Shown one piece after another: positions 52,764 through 62,131 of a DNA stretch of 64,000 nt. Numbering within the stretch: position 1 is the first letter of the stretch; the number at the start of each line of letters is the position of its first letter. The notes under the pieces are model-generated. The model was not told the DNA's origin, made no database searches, and worked only from the letters and a program-made list of their open reading frames with translations. Position numbers and translations under genes: made by a program. This DNA comes from an uncultured beta proteobacterium (GTDB taxonomy: Bacteria > Pseudomonadota > Gammaproteobacteria > Burkholderiales > SG8-39): contig CAVUSZ010000019.1 of NCBI GenBank assembly GCA_963744255.1, positions 11,096 to 75,095 of the forward strand, in the 5' to 3' direction.

Positions 52764-54155
52764 ATGGCGCAAACTCTTACCCAAGCTCCCGCCGATTCCC
52801 AGCTCGTCACGCTGCGGGTCCCGCCCAATTCGATCGAGGCCGAGCAGTCGGTGCTCGGGGGTCTGCTCCTCGACAACGGCGCGTGGGACAAGATCGGCGA
52901 CATCATCTCGATCGACGATTTCTACCGCGACGATCATCGGCGCATCTATCGCCACGTCGCGCGCCTGATCGAGCAGGGCCGGCCGGCCGACGTGGTCACC
53001 GTCGCCGAGTCGATCGAGGCGAGCGAGGACAAGGACCGGACGGGCGGCCTCACCTACCTCGGCACGCTCGCCCAGAACACGCCGTCCGCGCACAACATCC
53101 GGCGTTACGCGGAGATCGTCCGCGAACGCGCGGTGATGCGGAAGCTAGTGGCCGTCGGCGCGGAGATCGCCGACAGCGCCCTGAGCCCGTCGGGCAAGGA
53201 AGTCGGGCAGCTGCTCGACGAAGCCGAGTCGAAGGTGTTCCAGATCGCGGAGGCCGGCAACCGCGGCCGCGCCGGTTTCCACGACATCCATCAGCTTCTC
53301 TCGCAGGTAATGGAGCGTGTCGATTTCCTCTACAGCCGCGAGAACCCGAGCGACGTCACCGGCGTGCCGACCGGTTTCCAGCAGCTCGATCAGATGACCT
53401 CCGGCCTGCAGGAAGGCGACCTCGTCATCGTCGCCGGCCGCCCCAGCATGGGCAAGACAGCGTTCGCGCTGAACATCGCGGAGCACGTCGCGGTCGCCGA
53501 GAAGCGCCCGGTGGCGGTGTTCAGCATGGAGATGTCGGGGACGCAGATCGCGGCACGGATGCTCGGCTCGAGGGCGCGCATCGACCAGCACAAGCTGCGC
53601 ACCGGCAAGCTCACCGACGAGGACTGGAGCAAGCTTGCCGACGCGCTGGGCAAGCTGCACGAGGCGCCGATCCACATCGACGAAACCGGCTCGCTCAACC
53701 CGCTCGAGCTGCGCTCGCGGGCGCGGCGGCTTGCCAGGCAGTACGGCAAGCTCGGGATGGTCGTCGTCGACTACCTCCAGCTCATGGTGAGCTCTGGCAA
53801 GCGCGAAGAGAATCGCGCGACCGAGCTCTCCGAGATTTCGCGCAGCCTGAAGGCGCTCGCGAAGGAGCTCGGCGTGCCGGTCGTCGCGCTGTCGCAGCTC
53901 AACCGCAGCGTCGACCAGCGGCCCGACAAGCGGCCGATCATGTCGGACCTGCGCGAGTCCGGCGCGCTCGAGCAGGACGCCGACCTCATCCTCTTCATCT
54001 ACCGCGACGTGGTCTACAACCGCGACACCGCCGAGCCGGGGAGGGCCGAGGTCATCGTCGGCAAACAGCGCAATGGCCCGATCGGCGACGTGCCCCTGAC
54101 CTTCCTCGGGCAATACACCCGGTTCGAGAACTACGCGGCGCCGGGCAGCTATTGA
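52764..54155 (+). CDS. dnaB: Replicative DNA helicase
   Basis: PPNSIEAEQSVLGGLLLDN and Walker A GRPSMGKTAFALN. No intein-sized insertion is present (463 aa). Confidence 0.95.
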   Translation: MAQTLTQAPADSQLVTLRVPPNSIEAEQSVLGGLLLDNGAWDKIGDIISIDDFYRDDHRRIYRHVARLIEQGRPADVVTVAESIEASEDKDRTGGLTYLGTLAQNTPSAHNIRRYAEIVRERAVMRKLVAVGAEIADSALSPSGKEVGQLLDEAESKVFQIAEAGNRGRAGFHDIHQLLSQVMERVDFLYSRENPSDVTGVPTGFQQLDQMTSGLQEGDLVIVAGRPSMGKTAFALNIAEHVAVAEKRPVAVFSMEMSGTQIAARMLGSRARIDQHKLRTGKLTDEDWSKLADALGKLHEAPIHIDETGSLNPLELRSRARRLARQYGKLGMVVVDYLQLMVSSGKREENRATELSEISRSLKALAKELGVPVVALSQLNRSVDQRPDKRPIMSDLRESGALEQDADLILFIYRDVVYNRDTAEPGRAEVIVGKQRNGPIGDVPLTFLGQYTRFENYAAPGSY

Positions 54156-54239
54156 GCCGGTTCCTCGACCGCCTTCGACGCGGCCGGACGTGACGGCTGC
54201 CCGCCTTCGCGCCCGGTCCGGTCCTGCGGCGCCGGTGGG

Positions 54240-55043
54240 ATGCGCTACCATCGCGGCTCGAGCGTTTTCTCTAACCTGTTCCGATTGGCGTGTTTCTCAC
54301 GAGCATCGCGCCGCGCGACTAGACTGCTGGGAGCAGCGATCCTCCTGGCCGGTGCGGCCCACGGTGCGCCGGCCTGCAAGGGCACGCTGTATCTCACGCT
54401 CGACACCAGCAGCATGTCGCAGGCCGAGGACATCGTGCGCATCCTCGCGAAGCATGACGTCAAGGGGACGTTCTTCCTCGCCAACGAGAAGACCGTGCGC
54501 GGGGACCACTCGCTCGATCCGAGCTGGGGGGACTACTGGCGTGACCGGGTCGCGGAGGGACACGCCTTCGGCTCGCACACCTGGGATCACGGCTACTTCC
54601 GCGGTGACGTCGAGGGCGGACGGGTGCGCTACATGCGCGACGGGAAGACCCGCATACTCGACGCGGACGCGCTATGCGCCGAGCTGAAGCGCGTCGACAC
54701 GCGCTTTCGCGAACTGACCGGACGCGGCCTCGATCCGATCTGGCGCGCTCCCGGCGGACGCACGACCCCGAACACGCTGGCAGCGGCGAAGCGCTGCGGC
54801 TACGAGCATGTCCATTGGGCGAGCGCGGGGAACCTCGGCGATGAACTGCCATCGGACAAATACCCGAACGGCGTGCTGCTCGACCGGGCGCTGAAAAACC
54901 TCCGCGACGGCGACGTGATGATGATGCATCTCGGCATCTTGTCGCGGAAGGAGCCGTTCGCGCCGCTGCTCGACCCGCTGCTCACCGCCCTCAAGGCGCG
55001 CGGGTTCTGCTTCGCGACCCTCGCCACGCGGCCGCCGCAATGA
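54240..55043 (+). CDS. Polysaccharide deacetylase-family protein (secreted)
   Basis: Signal-like N-terminus, a NodB-type TFFL block, and HTWDH metal-binding histidines. Confidence 0.8.
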   Translation: MRYHRGSSVFSNLFRLACFSRASRRATRLLGAAILLAGAAHGAPACKGTLYLTLDTSSMSQAEDIVRILAKHDVKGTFFLANEKTVRGDHSLDPSWGDYWRDRVAEGHAFGSHTWDHGYFRGDVEGGRVRYMRDGKTRILDADALCAELKRVDTRFRELTGRGLDPIWRAPGGRTTPNTLAAAKRCGYEHVHWASAGNLGDELPSDKYPNGVLLDRALKNLRDGDVMMMHLGILSRKEPFAPLLDPLLTALKARGFCFATLATRPPQ

Positions 55044-55094
55044 GGGGGCTCGGCAACGGACGCGTTCCACGCGGACGCGATCCGGCCTGCCGAG

Positions 55095-55124
55095 GAAAGA
55101 AAAAACCCGGCCGGGGCCGGGTTT
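55095..55124 (-). terminator. Rho-independent terminator with its U-tract on the minus strand
   Basis: AAACCCGGCC/GGCCGGGTTT hairpin. On the minus strand it is followed by TTTTTTCTTTCC. On the plus strand only three T follow. Confidence 0.6.
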
Positions 55125-55494
55125 GAAAGACAAATTCCCCGGCTCCCGGGGTCGATTCAGAATCCGATCATCGCGCTGTTGCTGAAGAAGGGCACGTCCG
55201 CAGGCCCAGTAGCCCCCAGGCCGGGAAAACCCGAACTTGAGCCGGCTGCGACCTCCCCGGAGTACTCCCGGAAGTGCGGCCCGCCACCGTTGCCGGAGCC
55301 ATACCGAAACGGATCACCGAGCTCATGCGAAGGGTTCTAATAAAATCATCTCGTTAGGAGGGACTCTTTATACGCAATCAGAGAATTCCCCGTCAAGTCG
55401 CTGCCGCAAAAAGATCCCTGCGAACAGGCGAAAGTTGTTGCGCGGACATCGATAACGGCGCCGCAACTTCCCGGCGCCGGTAGACGAGGCCCGC

Positions 55495-56970
55495 CTATAG
55501 AACGTCGGCGGCGTGATCGGCGAGGCGGGAGCGCTCGCCGCGTTGGAGCGTGATGTGACCGGAGTGCGACCAGCCCTTGAACCGGTCGACCGCGTAGGTG
55601 AGGCCGGAGCTCCCCTCCGTGAGGTAGGGCGTGTCGATCTGGGCGATGTTGCCGAGGCAAGCCACCTTCGTCCCGGGGCCGGCGCGGGTGATCAGCGTCT
55701 TCATCTGCTTCGGCGTGAGGTTCTGCGCCTCGTCGATGATGAGGTATTTGTTGATGAAGGTGCGGCCGCGCATGAAGTTGAGCGACTTGATCCTTATCCG
55801 CGACCGGATCAGGTCTCTGGTGGCGGCGCGCCCCCACTCGCCCGCCTCCTCATCGGTGCTATTGAGCACGTCGAGGTTGTCCTCGAGGGCGCCCATCCAC
55901 GGGCCCATCTTTTCCTCCTCGGTCCCCGGGAGGAAACCGATGTCCTCGCCCAAGGGCACGGTAACGCGTGTCATGATGATCTCGCTGTAGTGCTTCACCT
56001 CCAGGGTCTGTATCAGCCCCGCCGCGAGCGTGAGCAGCGTCTTGCCGGTGCCCGCCTGTCCGAGCAGCGTCAGGAAGTCGATGTCGGGGCTCATCAGCAG
56101 ATTGAGCGCGAAGTTCTGCTCGCGATTGCGCGCGGTGATGCCCCAGACCGAGTTCTTCGCATGCGTGTAGTCGCGCAGAGTCTCGAGCACCGCGGTCGTG
56201 CCCGATACCTCCTTGACGATCGCGTGCAGCGGCCGGTCGCCCTCCTGGTACACGAACTCGTTCAGCGTCAGCTCCTGGCACAGCGGGCCGCGGATGCGGT
56301 AGTAGGTGCGTCCGTCCTTCTTCCACGACTCCATGTCCTTGCCATGGAGATCCCAGAAGTCTGCGCCGAGCTCGCGCGCGCCGGTGTAGAGGACGTCAGT
56401 GTCCTCGAGAACCTTGTCGTTGAAGTAGTCCTCGGCCGCGAGCCCCAGCGCATGCGCCTTGATGCGCATGTTGATGTCTTTGGAGACGAGGATCACCTCG
56501 CGCTCCGGGTGCCGCTCGACGAGCGCGGTCACGACGCCGAGGACCTTGTTGTCGGCCTTGTGGGTGGCGAGGCTGGCCGGAAGGCTGCCGTTCATCGCCT
56601 CGGTCTGGAGGAAGAGCCGGCCGGACGCCGTGTCCGCATCGTACCGCGCGAGCGCGATGCCGGCCTGAATGCGTCCGCTCGACTTGCTCACGATCTCGTC
56701 GAGGTACCGACTCGCCTGGCGGGCGTTCCGAGCCACTTCGGAGATGCCTTTCTTGTGGTCGTCGAGCTCCTCGAGCGTCTGCATCGGCAGGAACACGTCG
56801 TGCTCCTCGAACCGGAACAGGCTCGTCGGATCGTGCATCAGCACGTTGGTGTCGAGGACGAAGAGCTTGGTCTTCAGGAGGCGCGGCTTCTCCCGCGTCT
56901 TCTTGGCGGGCTCCGCGGCACGGGCGGGGGCGGGATCGGTGCGGAGATGCGGCTCAGAGTGTCTTGACAA
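55495..56970 (-). CDS. PhoH-like ATPase with N-terminal PIN domain (YlaK-type)
   Basis: PIN block FVLDTNVLMHD and PhoH Walker A GQAGTGKTLL. The start may lie slightly downstream because it overlaps bcp by 17 nt. Confidence 0.9.
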   Translation of the reverse strand: MSRHSEPHLRTDPAPARAAEPAKKTREKPRLLKTKLFVLDTNVLMHDPTSLFRFEEHDVFLPMQTLEELDDHKKGISEVARNARQASRYLDEIVSKSSGRIQAGIALARYDADTASGRLFLQTEAMNGSLPASLATHKADNKVLGVVTALVERHPEREVILVSKDINMRIKAHALGLAAEDYFNDKVLEDTDVLYTGARELGADFWDLHGKDMESWKKDGRTYYRIRGPLCQELTLNEFVYQEGDRPLHAIVKEVSGTTAVLETLRDYTHAKNSVWGITARNREQNFALNLLMSPDIDFLTLLGQAGTGKTLLTLAAGLIQTLEVKHYSEIIMTRVTVPLGEDIGFLPGTEEEKMGPWMGALEDNLDVLNSTDEEAGEWGRAATRDLIRSRIRIKSLNFMRGRTFINKYLIIDEAQNLTPKQMKTLITRAGPGTKVACLGNIAQIDTPYLTEGSSGLTYAVDRFKGWSHSGHITLQRGERSRLADHAADVL

Positions 56971-57409
56971 AGTCGAGTACCTCTTTCGCGTGCCCCGGGA
57001 CCTTGACGCCGCGCCATTCGCGGCGAATCACCCGCGCCCCATCGAGCACGAAGGTCGAGCGCTCGATGCCGCGCACCTGCCGGCCGTACATGTTCTTCAT
57101 CTTGATGACGGCGAACTGCTGGCAGACCTTCTCCTCCTCGTCCGATAGCAGCTCGAACGGAAAGTCCATCTTGGCCTTGAAGGTCTCATGCGATTTCAGG
57201 CTGTCGCGCGAGACGCCGTACACCTCTACCCCCGCCTTCTTGAACTCCTTGTGGAGCTCGCGGAACTGCAGGCCTTCGGTCGTGCAGCCGGGCGTGTTGT
57301 CCTTCGGGTAGAAGTAGAGCACCAGGGCCTTGGCGTCCGACCCGGCGAGCCGGAACGTGCCGCCGCCCGTCATGGGCAGCGAGAAGTCCTTCACCGTCTG
57401 ATTCGCCAC
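56954..57409 (-). CDS. bcp: Thiol peroxidase Bcp (peroxiredoxin)
   Basis: LYFYPKDNTPGCTTE active-site motif. Confidence 0.9.
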   Translation of the reverse strand: MANQTVKDFSLPMTGGGTFRLAGSDAKALVLYFYPKDNTPGCTTEGLQFRELHKEFKKAGVEVYGVSRDSLKSHETFKAKMDFPFELLSDEEEKVCQQFAVIKMKNMYGRQVRGIERSTFVLDGARVIRREWRGVKVPGHAKEVLDFVKTL

Positions 57410-58290
57410 TATCGTTGGTCGGCGGCCGTCGCGACTGCATTGTTGCGGGATTCCGTCGCGTGCGCAACCTCATCATCCCCCGCCAGGAACTCCCGTCCCT
57501 GGACGGTCACGTTGGCGGTCCGGCCGGGACGCGTTTGCCGCTCGATCACGTGGTGCGCGAGCGCCTTGGGCTCGAGACTCTCGGCGAGCGTGCGCAGGCT
57601 GCAGATCTCGTACCCGAGGATGCGCCAGCCGTCGATCAGCCGCTCGAGCACCGGCGCCAGGCGCGACACCCCCCGGTCCGCGTCGACGCTGAAGACGTGT
57701 CCCGCGGGCGGCGCGTCCGCGCTCAGCCTCAGGATCTCGTGGTGCACTGTGGCCGGCGTCAGGCCGTCGCGGGCGAGCAGCTCTTCCATCGTCGCGAGCG
57801 TCGTCGGCAACTGGGGGCAGGCGACGAGTTCCCCTTCACAGATGGGGATGTAAGGCGTTCGTCCGAGCGTGTCCGAGCAGTAGTGGAAGCCGAGCCTCTG
57901 GGTGAGGCGCAGGGCGTGCCGGCTCGTGCGCCAGCCGGGCGCGGCATGCGTGCGGGGGCGCTCGCCGAAGATGATCTCGAAACGATCGCACGCCCGGCGC
58001 ATGGCCTGCTCGATCCAGGCGTCGTTCCCGGGCCCGACGCGCGTCACCCAGCGCGCGGTGTCCCACCCGTACAGGCCGACCTCGAAGCCGGCGTCACGGA
58101 GGCGCTTCATGGCGGCCTCCGCGCGTCGCCCTATCTCCCGGGCGGGGAGCCAGCGCAGCAGGCGCCCCGGCCCCAGGTTGAAGTAGAAGGTGGCGCCGGC
58201 CTCGCGCCGCGCGAGCAGCTCGGCGAGGCGCGGGGCGTGATCGCGCGCACCGCGGACGCCGGCCGCCACGATCCGCAACCCGAGCTTCAT
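57409..58290 (-). CDS. ArnD-like polysaccharide deacetylase / formamido-arabinose deformylase homolog
   Basis: 293 aa. It has an ATFYFNLGP NodB-like block and overall ArnD-like length and layout. Family recall only. Confidence 0.65.
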   Translation of the reverse strand: MKLGLRIVAAGVRGARDHAPRLAELLARREAGATFYFNLGPGRLLRWLPAREIGRRAEAAMKRLRDAGFEVGLYGWDTARWVTRVGPGNDAWIEQAMRRACDRFEIIFGERPRTHAAPGWRTSRHALRLTQRLGFHYCSDTLGRTPYIPICEGELVACPQLPTTLATMEELLARDGLTPATVHHEILRLSADAPPAGHVFSVDADRGVSRLAPVLERLIDGWRILGYEICSLRTLAESLEPKALAHHVIERQTRPGRTANVTVQGREFLAGDDEVAHATESRNNAVATAADQR

Positions 58291-58296
58291 CGGGTG

Positions 58297-58668
58297 CTAG
58301 CTCCGCGCCACGAGCAGGACGCCGATCACTATGAGCCCTACGCCCGCGAGCCGCTGCGCCGTCAGCGACTCACCCAACCACCACCACGCCGCGAGAACAG
58401 TGAGCACGTAGCCGAGGGACACCATCGGGTACGCGATGCTCACCGGCACGCGCGAGAGGGCGAGCACCCATGCGAGCAGGCTCACGGCGTAGGCCACAAC
58501 GCCGGCGAGAACGCGCGGCTCGACCGCAAGGCGCATTCCCGCCGCTGCAAGCCCCGGCGCATCGAACGCGAACGCGCCGATGGCGTTGGTGCCCGCCTTG
58601 AGGAGGAGCTGCCCGGCAGCCCCGAGGAACACCGCGGCGAGGATGAGCGAGAGGCTGACGGCAGTCAT
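58297..58668 (-). CDS. EamA/SMR-like small membrane protein (ArnE/ArnF-like)
   Basis: 123 aa with four TM segments and AAGQLLLKAG. It is adjacent to the ArnD-like gene. Confidence 0.65.
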   Translation of the reverse strand: MTAVSLSLILAAVFLGAAGQLLLKAGTNAIGAFAFDAPGLAAAGMRLAVEPRVLAGVVAYAVSLLAWVLALSRVPVSIAYPMVSLGYVLTVLAAWWWLGESLTAQRLAGVGLIVIGVLLVARS

Positions 58669-58705
58669 CAGAGCTCCGTGAGTTGCGAGGCGGGTCCGCG
58701 AGGGG

Positions 58706-59119
58706 TCAGCCGAGGAGCAGCGCCGCAGCCACCTTTCGCTCCTCGGCCACCAGGATGTTGTAAGTGCGGCACGCGGCCTGCACGTCCATCACCTCGAGGC
58801 CGATCTGCGCCTCGACGAGCGGGCGCGCGATCTCGGGCCGCGGAAACCGGATCGACGCGCCGGTGCCGAGAAGGACGATATCGGCATCGAGCATCGCGAG
58901 CGCAGCGAAGTGGGCTGCTTCCAGCGCCTCGAAGGTGGTTGCCGCCCAATCGGTGACGATCCGCTGGGGGAGCACGACGACGCTGGTCGCGAACCGTGTG
59001 CCGTTGACGGTCACGAAGCCCGGGCCGTAGCCGGTGAACGTGTTTCTGGCCGAGCCAGCGGCAGGATGAAGCTTCAACGAAAAACTCGAATTGCCGTAAG
59101 GGGTTAGGACCGCTAACAT
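58706..59119 (-). CDS. Mth938-like (DUF498) domain protein
   Basis: This is the last 137 aa of the artefactually long ORF 58706..60253, starting [12 protein letters not shown]. The [13 protein letters not shown] block is present. Confidence 0.7.
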   Translation of the reverse strand: MLAVLTPYGNSSFSLKLHPAAGSARNTFTGYGPGFVTVNGTRFATSVVVLPQRIVTDWAATTFEALEAAHFAALAMLDADIVLLGTGASIRFPRPEIARPLVEAQIGLEVMDVQAACRTYNILVAEERKVAAALLLG

Positions 59120-59158
59120 TATAGCTTCCTCGACTGCGATCACACGAAGCTCCGGACC

Positions 59159-60361
59159 ATGAAGGATTTCCCGCGCATTCGGCGCCTCCCGCCGTACGTC
59201 TTCAACATCACCGCCGAGCTGAAACAGGCGGCGCGCAAGCGCGGCGAGGACATCGTCGACATGAGCATGGGCAATCCCGACGGCGCCACGCCCAGGCACA
59301 TCGTCGAGAAGCTGATCGAGAGCGTGCAGCGCTCCGACACGCACGGCTACTCCGTTTCGCGCGGCATCCCGCGGTTGCGGCGGGCGATCTGCACCTGGTA
59401 TGAACGCCGCTATGGCGTCGAGCTGGATGCCGACAGCGAGGCGATCGTCACGATCGGCTCCAAGGAGGGGATCGCGCACCTGGCGCTCGCAACGCTCGAG
59501 CGCGGCGACATCGTGCTGGTGCCGAACCCGAGCTATCCGATCCACATCTACGGACCGGTGATCGCCGGCGCGGACATCCGACACGTGCGGATGACGCCGG
59601 ACGTCGACTTCTTCGACGAGCTCGAGCGCGCGATCAGGGAATCGTTCCCCAAGCCAAAGATGCTGATCATCAACTTTCCGTCGAATCCGACCACGCAATG
59701 CGTCGATCTCGGGTTCCTCGAGCGCATCGTGAGGCTCGCGCGGCAGCACGACATCCTCGTGGCGCACGATCTCGCCTACGCCGACATCGTGTTCGACGGC
59801 TACCAGGCGCCGTCGATCATGCAGGTCCCGGGCGCGCGCGACGTGGCGGTCGAATTCTTCACGATGTCGAAGAGCTACAACATGGCCGGCTGGCGGATCG
59901 GGTTCATGGTCGGGAACCCCGATCTCGTGAAGGCGCTCGCGCGGATCAAGAGCTACCACGACTACGGCACGTTCACGCCGATCCAGGTCGCCTCGATCGT
60001 CGCGCTGGAGGGGCCGCAGGCGTGCGTCGAGGAGACCGCTCTCAAGTACCGCAAGCGCCGCGACGTCATGGTGAAGGGGCTGCACGAGACCGGCTGGATG
60101 GTCGACGTGCCGAAGGCGACGATGTACGTCTGGGCCGAGATCCCGGAGGCTTACCGGGCGGCGGGCTCGCTCGAGTTCGCGAAGAAGCTCCTCAACGAGG
60201 CGAAGGTCGCGGTATCGCCGGGGGTCGGCTTCGGCGACTACGGCGACACGCATGTGCGCTTCGCGCTGATCGAGAACGAGAACCGCACCCGCCAGGCGAT
60301 CCGCGGCATCAAGGAGATGTTCCGCAAGGACGGTCTTCTCCAGGCGACGCGGGCTGCATGA
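59159..60361 (+). CDS. alaC: Class I/II pyridoxal-phosphate aminotransferase (AlaC-like)
   Basis: LPPYVFNIT.., the PLP-lysine block [15 protein letters not shown], and its position upstream of hom-thrC. Confidence 0.85.
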   Translation: MKDFPRIRRLPPYVFNITAELKQAARKRGEDIVDMSMGNPDGATPRHIVEKLIESVQRSDTHGYSVSRGIPRLRRAICTWYERRYGVELDADSEAIVTIGSKEGIAHLALATLERGDIVLVPNPSYPIHIYGPVIAGADIRHVRMTPDVDFFDELERAIRESFPKPKMLIINFPSNPTTQCVDLGFLERIVRLARQHDILVAHDLAYADIVFDGYQAPSIMQVPGARDVAVEFFTMSKSYNMAGWRIGFMVGNPDLVKALARIKSYHDYGTFTPIQVASIVALEGPQACVEETALKYRKRRDVMVKGLHETGWMVDVPKATMYVWAEIPEAYRAAGSLEFAKKLLNEAKVAVSPGVGFGDYGDTHVRFALIENENRTRQAIRGIKEMFRKDGLLQATRAA

Positions 60362-60804
60362 GCTTTCGCGTCATCGCCGTGACCGACGACCGTGGCGCGG
60401 TCGTCGAGCCGCAGTGGCTGGCCCGCGCCGAACGCGTTCACCGCAGTTTGCGGACGGCATTGCCCGCGGACTATGCCGGGAAGCTCGCGCGCGTCTTTGC
60501 CGGGGGAGGGCGGATGTGCGTCGCGACCGAAGGCGAGCGCGTGGTCGGGGTCGCCGTCTACCGGATCAGCGAGAACACGTTCGCCGACGTCTTCCTCTAC
60601 GTGGACGACCTCGTCACCGACGACGCGGAGCGCTCGCGCGGCGTCGGGCATACGCTGATGGCGCATCTCGAGCGGGTCGCCAGGGACGCCGGGTGCGCGA
60701 ACCTCGTGCTCGACTCCGGCACCCACCGCCAACGGGCGCACAAGTTCTATTTTCGCGAAGGCATGTTCATCACCTCGTTCAACTTCAAGAAACCGCTCGC
60801 ATGA
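60358..60804 (+). CDS. GNAT-family N-acetyltransferase
   Basis: Acetyl-CoA loop [25 protein letters not shown] overlaps occur on both sides. Confidence 0.8.
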   Translation: MSFRVIAVTDDRGAVVEPQWLARAERVHRSLRTALPADYAGKLARVFAGGGRMCVATEGERVVGVAVYRISENTFADVFLYVDDLVTDDAERSRGVGHTLMAHLERVARDAGCANLVLDSGTHRQRAHKFYFREGMFITSFNFKKPLA

Positions 60805-62117
60805 AGCCGATCAACGTCGGGCTGCTCGGCATCGGCACCGTGGGCGGCGGCACCTGGAGCGTGCTCGCCCGCAACCGCGAGGAGATCCAGCGCCGCGCCG
60901 GGCGCGAGATCCGGATCGCGATGGTCGGGGACAAGGATGTCGAGAAGGCGAAGCGGCTGACTGCGGGCCAGGCGAAGGTCGTCGCCGACGGCGACACGGT
61001 CGTCACCGATCCGGACGTCGACATCGTCGTCGAGCTGATCGGGGGGTACACCGTCGCCAAAGAGCTCGTGCTCAAGGCGATCGCGAACGGCAAGCACGTG
61101 GTCACCGCAAACAAGGCGATGCTCGCGGTCCACGGCAACGAGATCTTCGCCGCCGCCCAGAAGCAGGGCGTGATGATCGCGTTCGAAGGCGCGGTAGCGG
61201 GCGGGGTGCCGATCATCAAGGCCCTGCGCGAGGGTCTGACCGCGAACCGGATCGAGTGGATCGCCGGAATCATCAACGGCACCTCGAACTTCATCCTGTC
61301 GGAGATGCGCGAGAAGGGCCTCGCCTTTGGCGAAGTGCTGAAGGAAGCCCAGGCGCGCGGCTACGCCGAAGCGGACCCGACGTTCGACATCGAAGGCATC
61401 GACGCCGCCCACAAGCTGACGATCCTCTCGGCCATCGCCTTCGGCATTCCCATGCAGTTCGACAGGGCCTACACCGAAGGCATCTCGAAGCTCGAGCGCG
61501 AGGACATCCGCTACGCCGAGAGCCTCGGCTACCGGATCAAGCTGCTCGGCATCACCAAGTGCACCAAGCAGGGCATCGAGCTGCGCGTGCATCCGACGCT
61601 CGTGCCGGCGCGCCGCCTGATCGCGAACGTCGAGGGGGTGATGAACGCGATCCTGGTGAAGGGCGATGCCGCCGGACCGACCCTCTACTACGGCGCCGGC
61701 GCGGGTGCGGAGCCGACGGCGAGCGCCGTCGTCGCCGACCTCGTCGACGTGACCCGCCTGCACACCGCGGACCCGGGGCATCGCGTGCCCCACCTCGCGT
61801 TCCAGCCCGACCGGCTCGCCGCGACCCGAATCCTGCCGATGGACGAGGTGACGACCTCGTACTACCTGCGCATGCGCGTCGCGGACAAGCCGGGCGTGCT
61901 CGCCGACATCACGCGCATCCTCGCCGACCGGACGATCTCGATCGACGCGATGATCCAGCGCGAACCGGGAGAGGGCGAGGAGCAGGTGGACATCATCATG
62001 CTCACTCACGAGACCCAGGAACGGAACCTGAACGCCGCGATCGCCGCGATCGAGCAGCTTCCGGTCGTCGCCGGGAGCGTGACCCGGATCCGGCTCGAGG
62101 AGCTCGGGCGGAACTGA
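60801..62117 (+). CDS. hom: Homoserine dehydrogenase
   Basis: VGLLGIGTVGGG and a C-terminal ACT domain. Confidence 0.95.
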   Translation: MKPINVGLLGIGTVGGGTWSVLARNREEIQRRAGREIRIAMVGDKDVEKAKRLTAGQAKVVADGDTVVTDPDVDIVVELIGGYTVAKELVLKAIANGKHVVTANKAMLAVHGNEIFAAAQKQGVMIAFEGAVAGGVPIIKALREGLTANRIEWIAGIINGTSNFILSEMREKGLAFGEVLKEAQARGYAEADPTFDIEGIDAAHKLTILSAIAFGIPMQFDRAYTEGISKLEREDIRYAESLGYRIKLLGITKCTKQGIELRVHPTLVPARRLIANVEGVMNAILVKGDAAGPTLYYGAGAGAEPTASAVVADLVDVTRLHTADPGHRVPHLAFQPDRLAATRILPMDEVTTSYYLRMRVADKPGVLADITRILADRTISIDAMIQREPGEGEEQVDIIMLTHETQERNLNAAIAAIEQLPVVAGSVTRIRLEELGRN

Positions 62118-62131
62118 GTGCTTCCGGGCCC

